A DNA stretch of 64,000 bases from Actinomycetota bacterium (lineage in GTDB: Bacteria; Actinomycetota; UBA4738; HRBIN12). The DNA lies in contig DATKDI010000001.1 in assembly GCA_035512775.1 (NCBI GenBank), positions 3,776-67,775 on the forward strand, in the 5' to 3' direction. Both the position numbers and the translations under genes were made by a program. Under the pieces are notes generated by a model. It saw nothing but the letters and a program-made list of their open reading frames with translations, did no database searches and was not told the DNA's origin. Shown piece after piece: positions 40,925-50,482 of this stretch (the stretch's first letter is position 1; every line of letters begins with the position of its first letter).

Positions 40925-42106
40925 TCAGCCTCCCATCAGCATGCCGCCCGACGAGCTCCCGTACGAGCCCACTGGCGCGTCGTAGCCGTCGGAGAGGGAG
41001 CCGCTCGGGGCCGAACCGCCCATGAGCCGCTGGAGCTCCTCGGGGTCGTGGCAGCGCTCGAAGGCGACCTGCTGCGAGATGCGGCCGGCCTTGATGTGCT
41101 GCGCGAGAGCCATGTCCATCGTCTGCATCCCGTAGCGACCGCCCGCCTGCATCGATGAGTAGATCTGGTGGGTCTTGCCCTCTCTGATGAGGTTGCGAAC
41201 CGCGGGCGTGCACACGAGCACCTCGACGGCGGCGACACGTCCCTGACCGTCGTGCGTGGGGATCAGCTGCTGGGTGACCACGCCCTGAAGGGTGGTCGAC
41301 AGCTGGACCCTGACCTGCTGCTGCTGGTGGGGCGGGAACACGTCGATGATCCGGTCGATCGTCTGCGGCGCGTCCTGCGTGTGCAGCGTCGCGAAGACGA
41401 GGTGACCGGTCTCGGCCGCCGTGATCGCCGTGCCGATCGTCTCGAGATCTCTCATCTCGCCGACGAGGATCACGTCCGGGTCCTGGCGGAGCACGTGCTT
41501 GAGCGCCTGCGCGAAGCCGTGCGTATCCGCTCCGACCTCTCGCTGGTTCACCACACAGCTCTTGTGCCGGTGCAGGAACTCGATCGGATCCTCCACGGTC
41601 ATGATGTGACCGGCTCGCTCTCGGTTCACGATGTCGACCATGGCGGCGAGCGTCGTCGACTTGCCGGAGCCCGTCGGGCCCGTGACCACGACGAAGCCTC
41701 GCTGGAAGCGCGCGAGGTCCATCACGACGCTGGGGAGCCCAAGGTCATCCACGTTCATGATCTCGAACGGGATCACCCGGAAGACGGCGCCCACGGCGTC
41801 GCGCTGCTGGAACACGTTCACGCGGAAGCGGGACCGCCCCGGCAGCGAGTAGGACATGTCGAGCTCGAGCTCCTGCTCGAACCGCTCACGAAGCTTCTGC
41901 GGCAAGATCGCGTAGACCATGCCCTGCAACGCCCGCGGCGTGAGCGGCGGGTACTCCCCCGCCGCTTCGAGCTCGCCGTGGACACGCACCATCGGCGGGG
42001 AACCCGCCGTGAGGTGCAGGTCGGACCCTCCCTTCTCCAGGAGCGCACCGAGCAACTCGGGGATCGGGATCTGTACGTCCTCTTCCTGTTGGACCACTGA
42101 GCTCAT
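40925..42106 (-). CDS. pilT: twitching motility ATPase PilT (pilus retraction)
   Basis: Walker A GPTGSGKST, Asp box, His box and AIRNLIRE-like motif (PAVRNLIREGK) typical of PilT. Confidence 0.9.
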   Translation of the reverse strand: MSSVVQQEEDVQIPIPELLGALLEKGGSDLHLTAGSPPMVRVHGELEAAGEYPPLTPRALQGMVYAILPQKLRERFEQELELDMSYSLPGRSRFRVNVFQQRDAVGAVFRVIPFEIMNVDDLGLPSVVMDLARFQRGFVVVTGPTGSGKSTTLAAMVDIVNRERAGHIMTVEDPIEFLHRHKSCVVNQREVGADTHGFAQALKHVLRQDPDVILVGEMRDLETIGTAITAAETGHLVFATLHTQDAPQTIDRIIDVFPPHQQQQVRVQLSTTLQGVVTQQLIPTHDGQGRVAAVEVLVCTPAVRNLIREGKTHQIYSSMQAGGRYGMQTMDMALAQHIKAGRISQQVAFERCHDPEELQRLMGGSAPSGSLSDGYDAPVGSYGSSSGGMLMGG

Positions 42107-42107
42107 C

Positions 42108-43826
42108 TCACTTCACCACCCTCGCGACTTCCTCGATCGACGTGACACCTGCTCGAACCTTGGCCAAACCGTCCTCACGCAGGGTCTGCATCCCCTGCTC
42201 GATCGCGACAACCCTGATGGCATCGGCAGATGCACGCTCCACCGTGAGCCGTTCGATCTCCTCACTTCTGAGCATCACCTCGTAGAGTCCGAGCCGGCCC
42301 CGATAGCCGGTGCCCGAGCACGCCTTGCAGTCGTTCTTGGCGATCCGGAGGTCGGGCGCGCGGAAGACCTCACCGATCTCCTCCCACCGGTCCTCCGGGA
42401 AACCCGCCTGCTGCAGCTCGGCCACGTCGGGTCGGTAGGGCTGCTTGCATCTCTCGCAGAGGATCCGGGCGAGACGCTGGGCAACCACCGCGTCGATCGC
42501 GGAGGCGACGAGGAACGTCTCGACGTCCATCTCGACCAGCCGGCTGATCGCCGACGGGGCGTCGTTGGTGTGGAGCGAGGACAGCACGAGGTGGCCCGTC
42601 AGCGCAGCCTCGATCGCGATCGTCGCCGTCTCCTTGTCACGGATCTCACCGATGAGCACGATGTCGGGGTCCGCACGCAGGATCGACCGCAGGGCCGAGG
42701 CGAACGTGAGGCCCGCCTTGGGGTTCACCTGGATCTGATTGACGCCTGCCATCCGGTACTCGACCGGGTCCTCGACGGTGATGATGTTCTTGGACTCCTC
42801 GTTCAAGATGTTCAGCGTCGAGTACATCGTGGTCGACTTCCCCGAGCCTGTCGGGCCGGTCACGAGGATCGCGCCGTACGGCTTCCGGAACGCGGTCTCG
42901 AACCGCCGGTAGGACTCCTCCATGAAGCCCAGCTCCGAGAGCGCCAGCATCGCGTTGCTCTTGTCGAGCACGCGGATCACGACCTTCTCGCCGTGGACGG
43001 TCGGCAGCGTGGCGACACGGAGGTCGAGCTGCCTGATGCCCACCTTCATCGAGATGCGACCGTCCTGCGGAACGCGCTTCTCGGCGATGTTGAGGTCCGC
43101 CATGACCTTCAGTCGCGAGATCAGCCCGCCCTGGAGGTTCTTGGGCTGGGCGCGCATCGGCTCGTGGAGCACACCATCGACCCGGAACCGGATCCGAACG
43201 TCGCGCTCCCCCGGCTCGATATGGACGTCGGACGCCCGCTCGGCGACGGCTTGGGACATGATCGCGTTGACGAGCTTGACGATGGGCGCGTCCTCGAGGG
43301 CGGCCTCGAGGTCGAGCTCTTCCCCCTCGCTCCCTTCCGCTGCCTCGGCCGCGAGCTGTTCGACATGGGAGTCGAGACCGGCGAACTTGGCGATCGCCTG
43401 TTCGACGTCGGCGGAGGTGGCGACCACCGGCTGCACGTCCCGGCCGGTGATCGTTCGGATGTCGTCCAGGGCGTAGACGTTCGCGGGATCGGACATCGCG
43501 ACCAGCAACTTCCCGTCGCGGTCGCCGATGGGCAACGCCCGGTACCGGCGTGCGAGGGCTTCGGGGAGCAGCGCGGTGGATGCGGGGTCGATCTGCGTGT
43601 CGGTGAGGTCGACGAACTCCAGGCCCACTTGCTCTGCGAGCGCGCGGACCAGGTCGGCCTCCTTGATCATGCCGAGGTCGATCAGCACCCGTCCGAGCGC
43701 CTTGGGGGTCTTCTGGTGTTCCTCGAGGGCAGTGTCGAGCTGTTCGGGCGTGATCAAGCCGAGCTCGATCAAGATCTGCCCGAGTTGCTTCGACTTCCGC
43801 TTGACGGTCGTCATCGCCGGGTCCAT
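42108..43826 (-). CDS. pilB: type IV pilus assembly ATPase PilB (GspE family)
   Basis: N-terminal GSPII domain (KQLGQILIELGLITPEQLDTALEEH), Walker A GPTGSGKST, tetracysteine motif CERC...CKACSGTGYRGR. Confidence 0.9.
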   Translation of the reverse strand: MDPAMTTVKRKSKQLGQILIELGLITPEQLDTALEEHQKTPKALGRVLIDLGMIKEADLVRALAEQVGLEFVDLTDTQIDPASTALLPEALARRYRALPIGDRDGKLLVAMSDPANVYALDDIRTITGRDVQPVVATSADVEQAIAKFAGLDSHVEQLAAEAAEGSEGEELDLEAALEDAPIVKLVNAIMSQAVAERASDVHIEPGERDVRIRFRVDGVLHEPMRAQPKNLQGGLISRLKVMADLNIAEKRVPQDGRISMKVGIRQLDLRVATLPTVHGEKVVIRVLDKSNAMLALSELGFMEESYRRFETAFRKPYGAILVTGPTGSGKSTTMYSTLNILNEESKNIITVEDPVEYRMAGVNQIQVNPKAGLTFASALRSILRADPDIVLIGEIRDKETATIAIEAALTGHLVLSSLHTNDAPSAISRLVEMDVETFLVASAIDAVVAQRLARILCERCKQPYRPDVAELQQAGFPEDRWEEIGEVFRAPDLRIAKNDCKACSGTGYRGRLGLYEVMLRSEEIERLTVERASADAIRVVAIEQGMQTLREDGLAKVRAGVTSIEEVARVVK

Positions 43827-43865
43827 TCGTCTTAGGTCTGTCGCCCACGCATCTCGCAAATGGGG

Positions 43866-44561
43866 CTATCTGCTTGCTTCGTCATCCTCCTTCGGGACCT
43901 GAAGCAGCCCGGCGAACTCTTTGGCGAGGAGGACCCGGTCGACCTCGGGCTCGTCCGCCCTGCTCGCAGGGCGGCTCGGGGTCTCCGTTCCGGGATCGGA
44001 CCGAAGGGTGGACTCGGCTCCCGCCGGGGCCTTCGCCGTTTCGGACCGGGCCGGATCGGACACGGCTTCCACGAGAGGGGCCGTTCGTGCCTCGGGTTCC
44101 TGTGATGCGGTGACCTCAGCGGGAGGGGGAGCGGTAACCGGAGTGGACGCGGGTGCCCGCTCCTGCTTGTGAAGGCTGGTCCGGGGCTTGCCGGAGGGTG
44201 CGGAGGGCATCTCGGGCAACCGCATGGTCTCCCGGTCGTCCGAGCGACTTTGCTCCGCCATCATCAGGGCTTGTTCGAGGAGATCCACGAGCACGCCGGG
44301 CCGCACGCCCGTGTCCGCGACGGCGAAGGCCGAGTATCCGCCACGGCGGACGAATGCCCAGATCTGGTCGGCGAATTCGATGTACGAGCGCTCCGGGTCA
44401 CCGACGGCGGCGAAACGCACCCATGCGAACCTGACGTGCGATTCTGCGTCGCCCTCCGGGTGGGCGCCCAGGATCATGCCGTCTCGAGACAGCAACAAGC
44501 AACCGCGGACCCCATCGATGCTCATGGAGACCCGCTGGGCGAGCGCCGAATAGTCGTTCAT
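43866..44561 (-). CDS. Roadblock/LC7 (MglB-like) domain protein with disordered C-terminal tail
   Basis: IDGVRGCLLLSRDGMILGAHPEG... Roadblock/LC7 pattern; ~100-aa Pro/Ala/Ser/Glu-rich tail; immediately upstream of pilB. Confidence 0.55.
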   Translation of the reverse strand: MNDYSALAQRVSMSIDGVRGCLLLSRDGMILGAHPEGDAESHVRFAWVRFAAVGDPERSYIEFADQIWAFVRRGGYSAFAVADTGVRPGVLVDLLEQALMMAEQSRSDDRETMRLPEMPSAPSGKPRTSLHKQERAPASTPVTAPPPAEVTASQEPEARTAPLVEAVSDPARSETAKAPAGAESTLRSDPGTETPSRPASRADEPEVDRVLLAKEFAGLLQVPKEDDEASR

Positions 44562-44610
44562 CCCTCTTGCGAGCATCGACCGTGCAGGGATGACGCTTGA
44601 ATCGACGTTG

Positions 44611-45486
44611 CTATCGGAGGTGCTCTCTGTCGGCCAAAGCGGCGAGAGCGGCGGCCGACATCACCTCGAGAGGCGCCGGCTGACCCGTCCACAGCTCGAA
44701 AGAGAGGGCGGCCTGCTCGAGCAGATGCCCGAGGCCCCCCAACGCGGCGGCGCCGGCTTCCCGCGCTCGATGCTGGAGGTCGGTCGAGACCGGGTCGTAC
44801 AGGAGGTCGATCACCAGGACATCCGGGCCGAGGTGCGGAAGGCTGGGGTGGCCCGGTTCCTGCCCCGCTCCTCCCACGGGAGTGGCGTTCACCACGAGGT
44901 CGACCACCAGCCCCCCCGTGTCGGCCGGTCCGACGAGCGTGACGGGCACCCCGAGCGGCTCGACCATCTTGACGAGCGGCGCCGCCCTGACCTCGTCGCG
45001 CGCCGCGACCGTGAGCGCCTGGAGGCCGCCCCGTGCGAGCGCCAGGGCGCAGGCGCGAGCGGCGCCGCCGGACCCGTAGAGGAGCGCAGACCTGCCCTCT
45101 GGGTCGAACCCCGCGTCCCGCCGAAGGAACCGGTCGAAGCCCGCGACGTCGGTGTTGTGTCCTTCGAGCTCGCCGCCCCGAACGACGATCGTATTCACTG
45201 CCCGAAGGAGCGTGGCGTCGTCGGAACGCCGCTGGATCAGCTCGGCCGCCTCCGTCTTGTGCGGCATCGTCACGTTGGCGCCGGCGAGCCCCAAGGGGAC
45301 GAGCCCGATGAGAGCCGGCTGCAGCCACTCCGGGCGGACGGGCAGGGGGAGGTACACCCAGTCGAGGCCCTCCGCGGCGAAGGCGGCGTTGTGGATCGCC
45401 GGCGACAGGCTGTGCGCGACCGGCCAGCCGATGATCCCGACGACATGCGTGCTGCCGCCGACCCGTCGCTCAGCCGAGGCACTCAT
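44611..45486 (-). CDS. aroE: shikimate dehydrogenase
   Basis: VVGIIGWPVAHSLSPAIHNAAF...NVTMPHK...LLYGSGGAARA signatures. Confidence 0.9.
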   Translation of the reverse strand: MSASAERRVGGSTHVVGIIGWPVAHSLSPAIHNAAFAAEGLDWVYLPLPVRPEWLQPALIGLVPLGLAGANVTMPHKTEAAELIQRRSDDATLLRAVNTIVVRGGELEGHNTDVAGFDRFLRRDAGFDPEGRSALLYGSGGAARACALALARGGLQALTVAARDEVRAAPLVKMVEPLGVPVTLVGPADTGGLVVDLVVNATPVGGAGQEPGHPSLPHLGPDVLVIDLLYDPVSTDLQHRAREAGAAALGGLGHLLEQAALSFELWTGQPAPLEVMSAAALAALADREHLR

Positions 45487-46594
45487 CGACGTTCCGGTTG
45501 TGCTCCGCGAGCGTCAGCCCGAACTTGTGGTGCCCGTCCGCGCCGCAGAGCACGTAATAGAGGAACTTGGTGTCCGCCGGCTCGAGAGCGGCGCGGAGGG
45601 ATTCCTCCCCCGGGCTCGCGATCGGCGTCGGCGGTAATCCGGGATTGATCCGGGTGTTGTAGGGACTGTCGAACGCCAGGTCCGGCGTCGACAGCTCGCC
45701 GTCGGGGGTGGGGTCGTCGTACAGGAGCGTCGCGTCGATCCCGAGCGCCATCCCGATCTCGAGCCTGTTGTAGATCACGCCCGCGATCAGCTTCCGATCC
45801 CGATCGACGCCGGCTTCCTCCTCGATCATCGAGGCGATGATCACGAGCTCGTACGGTGTGACGCCCAGCTCCTCGGTACGGTCGAAGGGCAGCTTCTCCG
45901 CCTCCTCTCGGAACTGCTCGAGCAGCTGCTCCGCGACCACCCTGGCTGATAGGCCCTCCTTCACGAACTCGTAGCTCTTCGGGAAGAGGAACCCTTCGGG
46001 CGATGCCGTTCCCTCCGGCAGGTACGGAGGGAGCACGTACCGTCCGCTCGATACCTCCTCCAGGAACCGCTTCTCCGGGATGCCGAGGTGCTCGCGGACC
46101 TCCTCGGCGATCTGAGTCAGACGATATCCCTCGGGGATCACCAGCTCGACGGTGGGAACCTTGGGCGGCGGTGTCGTAAGCACCGTGACCGCGTCGTCGA
46201 GCGTCATCCCGGTCGTGAGCTCGAAGGAGCCGGTGCGGATCCGGTCCGCCTTCCCCGTCCCGCGAAGGAGGATGCTGCCGACGAACCCGCCGCAGGGGAT
46301 CACTCCCCGGGCGTGCAGCTCCTCGATCACCTGCTCGCCGGTCGCTCCCTCGACGACGGTGATGCTGACGGGCTTCGGAGGACCATCCGCGGCTTCCTGG
46401 CATCGGCGGTAGTAGCTGGCCCCCCACGCGCCTGCGCCGACGACACCGAGGAACAGCACGAGCGCGAGGAAGAGGGACAGCCTGCGGGGGCGCCTGCTTC
46501 GCTCGGCCCCCGAGAGGCTCGGGTCCGCCGACATCACCGCAGAGGATACCGGGCCTCTCTGCTTCAGCCGTTGCTTCGTTGACCATCCAGCCAC
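45470..46594 (-). CDS. mltG: endolytic murein transglycosylase MltG (YceG family)
   Basis: N-terminal TM, YceG domain (LVIPEGYRLTQIAE...ASMIEEEAG...AGVIYNRL). Confidence 0.85.
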   Translation of the reverse strand: MAGWSTKQRLKQRGPVSSAVMSADPSLSGAERSRRPRRLSLFLALVLFLGVVGAGAWGASYYRRCQEAADGPPKPVSITVVEGATGEQVIEELHARGVIPCGGFVGSILLRGTGKADRIRTGSFELTTGMTLDDAVTVLTTPPPKVPTVELVIPEGYRLTQIAEEVREHLGIPEKRFLEEVSSGRYVLPPYLPEGTASPEGFLFPKSYEFVKEGLSARVVAEQLLEQFREEAEKLPFDRTEELGVTPYELVIIASMIEEEAGVDRDRKLIAGVIYNRLEIGMALGIDATLLYDDPTPDGELSTPDLAFDSPYNTRINPGLPPTPIASPGEESLRAALEPADTKFLYYVLCGADGHHKFGLTLAEHNRNVDECLG

Positions 46595-47070
46595 GCCTGC
46601 AGGATCACGGCCGCGGCGGAGGCATCGACGACGCGGCGGCGCTCGCGGCCGCGGGTCCCCGCGGCCGCGAGCGCGCGCTCCGCCTCGACCGTGGACAGGC
46701 GCTCGTCATGCATCTCGATGGGCAGGTCGACGACGGCCCCGAGCGCGGTTGCGAACGACTCGGCGTGCGCTGCGCTCTCGCCGCGCTCCCCGCGCAGCGA
46801 GAGCGGCAGGCCGATGACGATCAGGGTCGCGCCGCGCTCCCCCGCGAGGGCCGCGATCGCCTTCAGCTCGCCCGGTGGCTGCCCGACGTGCACGGTGCCG
46901 ACGGGCACCGCGACACGACGCTCCGGATCGGAGACCGCCACCCCGATCCGCGCGTCGCCGAGATCGAGCCCGAGGACGGGACCGGGGACGGGGGCACGCA
47001 CAGTCTCGTGAGGCGTCTCGCCGGACGGCGCGGTTCCAGGGTCCACGCTGCGCGACATGGTCAACCTCAA
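46564..47070 (-). CDS. ruvX: Holliday junction resolvase-like RNase RuvX/YqgF
   Basis: VLGLDLGDARIGVAVSD...TLIVIGLPLSLRGERGESA RNase H-like YqgF signature; start may be the internal Met. Confidence 0.85.
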   Translation of the reverse strand: MRLTMSRSVDPGTAPSGETPHETVRAPVPGPVLGLDLGDARIGVAVSDPERRVAVPVGTVHVGQPPGELKAIAALAGERGATLIVIGLPLSLRGERGESAAHAESFATALGAVVDLPIEMHDERLSTVEAERALAAAGTRGRERRRVVDASAAAVILQAWLDGQRSNG

Positions 47071-49700
47071 GATGCCGAGAGGAGCTCCCGGGCTCGCGCG
47101 GGGATCCCGCCGAGCGCCTGAGGGATCGCGCCGGCCTCCCGACCGCCGGCCATGGCGAGGATGTCCTTGCCCCCGGCTCCCCCGCCGATGACGCTGGCGG
47201 CCTCCCGGAGGAGCTCGGGCGCCGTGACGCCACGCGCGACCGCCTCGGTGGTGGACGCGGCGACCAGCTGCGCCTTGCCGTCGCTGCCACCGCCCAGGAC
47301 GACCGCGGCCGCGCGGCCCTGCAGGCGGTCCCGGATCTTCTGGGCGAGCTCGCGGAGGCCGCTCGCGTCCTCGCCGGGCACCTCGGACACGACGAGCGCG
47401 AGCCCGTCGACGTCCAGCGCGCCTTCGACGAGCGAGGCGATGATCGCGTCGCGATCACCCTTCTGCAGCTTCCCGAGCTCGCTCCGAAGACGCTTGTTCT
47501 CCTCGATCACCTTGCGGGCGTGCTCGATAGCGGATCGTGGATCGTTGCTGCCGAGCGCGTCCACCAGGCCGTGCAGCAGCTCGCGTTCCGCGTTGATCTC
47601 ACGGAGGGCGTCGGGCCCCACCAGCGCTTCCACCCGCCGCATCCCGGCGCCGATCGAGCCCTCGTGCAGGAGCCGGATCACACCGATGTGCCCGGTCCGC
47701 TCCACGTGGGTCCCGCCGCAGAGCTCCCGGGAGTACTCCCCGATCTCGACCACGCGCACGGTGTCCCCGTACTTCTCGCCGAAGAGCATGACCGCACCGA
47801 GCCGCTTCGCCTCCTCCATCGTGGTCTCGAAGATGCTCGGGGCGTCGTCCCTCGCGAGGCGGCGGTTGGCGATCAGCTCCGCCTCCTGCAGTTGCTCGGC
47901 GGGGACGGCCGACGGATGCGGGAAGTCGAAGCGCAGACGGCCAGGCTCCACGAGTGACCCCGCCTGGCGAGCGTGCTCCCCCAGCAGTTCGCGGAGCGTC
48001 GCGTGGACGACGTGGGTGGAGGTGTGGGCTCGGGCGGTCGCCTCGCGGCGATCGGCGTCGACCTCCGCGTGGGCCTCCTCGCCCGGCCGGACCTCGCCCG
48101 ACTCGACGACGCCGGCGTGGACGATCGAGCGGTCGCCGGCCGGAACGGTGTCGATCACCCGGATGACACCGGAGGGCGTGCGGATCAGCCCCCGGTCGCC
48201 GACCTGACCTCCGCCCTCCGCGTAGAACGGCGTGCGGTCGAGGAAGACGCGAACCTCCTGGCCCTCCTCGGCCGCGGACAGCTCACGGAACTCGGGGTCC
48301 AGCAGCGACACGACCTCTCCCTCGGACTCGAGGTGGTCGTAGCCGACGAAGGTCGACGGCGGGGCCGCGCCCGAGTCGAGGCCGATCGGCACCTTCTTCG
48401 CAGCAGCGCGGGCGCGGCCCCGCTGCTCCTCGAGCAGCTCCGCGAACCGGTCTCTGTCGACGGTCAGCCCCGCATCGGCGGCGAGCTCTTCGGTGAGCTG
48501 TAGAGGGAATCCGAAGGTATCGGAGAGCTTGAAAGCGTCCTCACCGGTGATCCCGCCCTCCTCGGCTCGGGACTTCGCGTCTTCGAAGACCACCAATCCC
48601 TGGCGGAGCGTGGCGGCGAACCGCTCCTCCTCGGATCCCGATACCTGCCGTATGAACGCCTCGTTCTCCCGGAGCTCGGGGTAGGCGTCGCCGGATCGAT
48701 CCACCACGACGTCGATGATCGGATCCATCACGGAGCGCTCGATGCCCAGGCGCCGGGCGTGCGACACGACGCGGCGGAGCATCCGGCGCAGGATGTAGCC
48801 GCGCCCCCCGTTCGAGGGCTGCACGCCGTCCGCGATCAAGAACGTGGTGGCGCGGCCGTGCTCGGCGATCACCTTCAGCGAGATGTCGTCGGTCGGATCA
48901 CCGCCGTGGGTCTTCCCGGACATCGATTCGGCGACCTCGAGGATCGGCCTGAGCAGGTCGGTCTCGAAGACGTTCTCCACGCCCTGGAGGAGCATCGCCA
49001 CACGCTCGAGCGACGAGCCGGTGTCGACGTTCTTCGCCGGGAGCGCCCCGGTGACCCGGAGCTCCTCATCGACCTGGTCCTGGATGAAGACCAGGTTCCA
49101 GATCTCCATGAAACGCTCCTCGTCGACGTCGGGACCCCCGTCGGGTCCGTACTTCGGGCCCCGGTCGACGAAGATCTCGCTGCACGGGCCTCCCGGACCG
49201 GCCGTGTGCGTGTGCCAGTAGTTCGCGAGCTCGCCGTTCGCGTCCAACATGCCGCGCCGGACGATCCGCTCAGGAGCCAGCCCCACACCGTCGACCCAGC
49301 CCTCCACAGCCTCCTCGTCCGTCTCGAACACCGTGGCCCATAGAAGGTCGTGGTCGATCCCGTAGCCCTCCGTGACGAGCTCGTGCGCCCACCGGATCGC
49401 GTCGGCCTTGAAGTAGTCGCCGAACGAGAAGTTGCCGAGCATCTCGAAGAACGTCTCGTGTCGGGCGTCGCGACCGACGTTGTTGATGTCGTTGGTGCGC
49501 ATCACCTTCTGGACGGTGACGGCCCGCGGATACTCCGGATCGGCCTGCCCAAGGAAGACCGGGATGAACTGGTTCATCCCCGCGTTGGTGAGTAGCAGTC
49601 CCGACTCCGGCGGAGGGATCAGGGACGAGCTGGGGACGCGCTTGTGTTCGCGTTCCTCGAAGAACGACAGGAACAGCTCGCGGATGCGATCCCCCTCCAC
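47067..49700 (-). CDS. alaS: alanine--tRNA ligase
   Basis: 877 aa; class II aaRS motifs; editing domain HTSTHVVHA...CGGTHV; C-terminal DHHA1. Confidence 0.95.
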   Translation of the reverse strand: MEGDRIRELFLSFFEEREHKRVPSSSLIPPPESGLLLTNAGMNQFIPVFLGQADPEYPRAVTVQKVMRTNDINNVGRDARHETFFEMLGNFSFGDYFKADAIRWAHELVTEGYGIDHDLLWATVFETDEEAVEGWVDGVGLAPERIVRRGMLDANGELANYWHTHTAGPGGPCSEIFVDRGPKYGPDGGPDVDEERFMEIWNLVFIQDQVDEELRVTGALPAKNVDTGSSLERVAMLLQGVENVFETDLLRPILEVAESMSGKTHGGDPTDDISLKVIAEHGRATTFLIADGVQPSNGGRGYILRRMLRRVVSHARRLGIERSVMDPIIDVVVDRSGDAYPELRENEAFIRQVSGSEEERFAATLRQGLVVFEDAKSRAEEGGITGEDAFKLSDTFGFPLQLTEELAADAGLTVDRDRFAELLEEQRGRARAAAKKVPIGLDSGAAPPSTFVGYDHLESEGEVVSLLDPEFRELSAAEEGQEVRVFLDRTPFYAEGGGQVGDRGLIRTPSGVIRVIDTVPAGDRSIVHAGVVESGEVRPGEEAHAEVDADRREATARAHTSTHVVHATLRELLGEHARQAGSLVEPGRLRFDFPHPSAVPAEQLQEAELIANRRLARDDAPSIFETTMEEAKRLGAVMLFGEKYGDTVRVVEIGEYSRELCGGTHVERTGHIGVIRLLHEGSIGAGMRRVEALVGPDALREINAERELLHGLVDALGSNDPRSAIEHARKVIEENKRLRSELGKLQKGDRDAIIASLVEGALDVDGLALVVSEVPGEDASGLRELAQKIRDRLQGRAAAVVLGGGSDGKAQLVAASTTEAVARGVTAPELLREAASVIGGGAGGKDILAMAGGREAGAIPQALGGIPARARELLSAS

Positions 49701-49732
49701 GAGCCGAGTCTACCGACGGGGTCCCGTGGATC

Positions 49733-50005
49733 TCAGGCGGCGGTGGGTTCGTGGGGGTCGGGCTCACGGACGGTGGAGGAGTCCATCTCCGCGCGCAGCT
49801 CGCGCTCCCGCTGCTCCATCGCTCTCTTGCCCTCCTCGATCGACTCCGCCACGAGCTTGGACAGGTCCATCAGGCCACCCTTCGCTTCTCGCGCGAGGGT
49901 CGCCGGCTTGACCTTGTTGGCCTGGCGCTTCGCCCACCGGGACGTGAGGACGGCGCCGGTCGCGCCGGCGCCCAACCCGAGTGCGACCCAGAAGCCCCGG
50001 CGCAT
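49733..50005 (-). CDS. small hypothetical membrane protein
   Basis: 90 aa; N-terminal TM (GFWVALGLGAGATGAVL) then charged coiled region; conserved position next to the DUF948 gene and alaS. Confidence 0.4.
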   Translation of the reverse strand: MRRGFWVALGLGAGATGAVLTSRWAKRQANKVKPATLAREAKGGLMDLSKLVAESIEEGKRAMEQRERELRAEMDSSTVREPDPHEPTAA

Positions 50006-50006
50006 G

Positions 50007-50417
50007 TCAGGGCGCCGTCGCGCCCGGCGCCGACGGCGCGCCCTTCGACTTCTTCTTGCCGAACGACTCGGCGGCCTTCTTCACACCGGCGCCGACGCTG
50101 ATGAACTTCATGATCGGGCTCGCGGCCGCGTGTTCGATCAGACCCGTCAGTCGCTCCACCCGTCCCACGATGCCGCCGACGGAGTCCAGGACGCCACCGA
50201 CCCGGTCGAGATGACCGTTGGTCCGTTCGACGGACCCCTTGATCTCCCGGAGCAAGGGGACGGTCTCTTCGCGCATCGCGTCGACCGTGAGGCGGGTCGC
50301 CTCGAGCACCCGGAACGTGCTGAGCAGCACGAGACAGAGGAACAGGACCAGGAGTCCCCAGAACGCTGCCAACACGATCAAGGCGGTCTCGCCGCCGGTG
50401 AGAGCCAGGAGCGTCAT
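50007..50417 (-). CDS. DUF948-like membrane protein
   Basis: N-terminal TM plus helical region with repeated GxV/L motifs; conserved near rarA/alaS in actinobacteria. Confidence 0.5.
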   Translation of the reverse strand: MTLLALTGGETALIVLAAFWGLLVLFLCLVLLSTFRVLEATRLTVDAMREETVPLLREIKGSVERTNGHLDRVGGVLDSVGGIVGRVERLTGLIEHAAASPIMKFISVGAGVKKAAESFGKKKSKGAPSAPGATAP

Positions 50418-50482
50418 CCGTTACCTCCGTTGTTCATCGTAGGTGGGCGTCGGCCCAGCATACCCACGGCATCGGAGACGCT

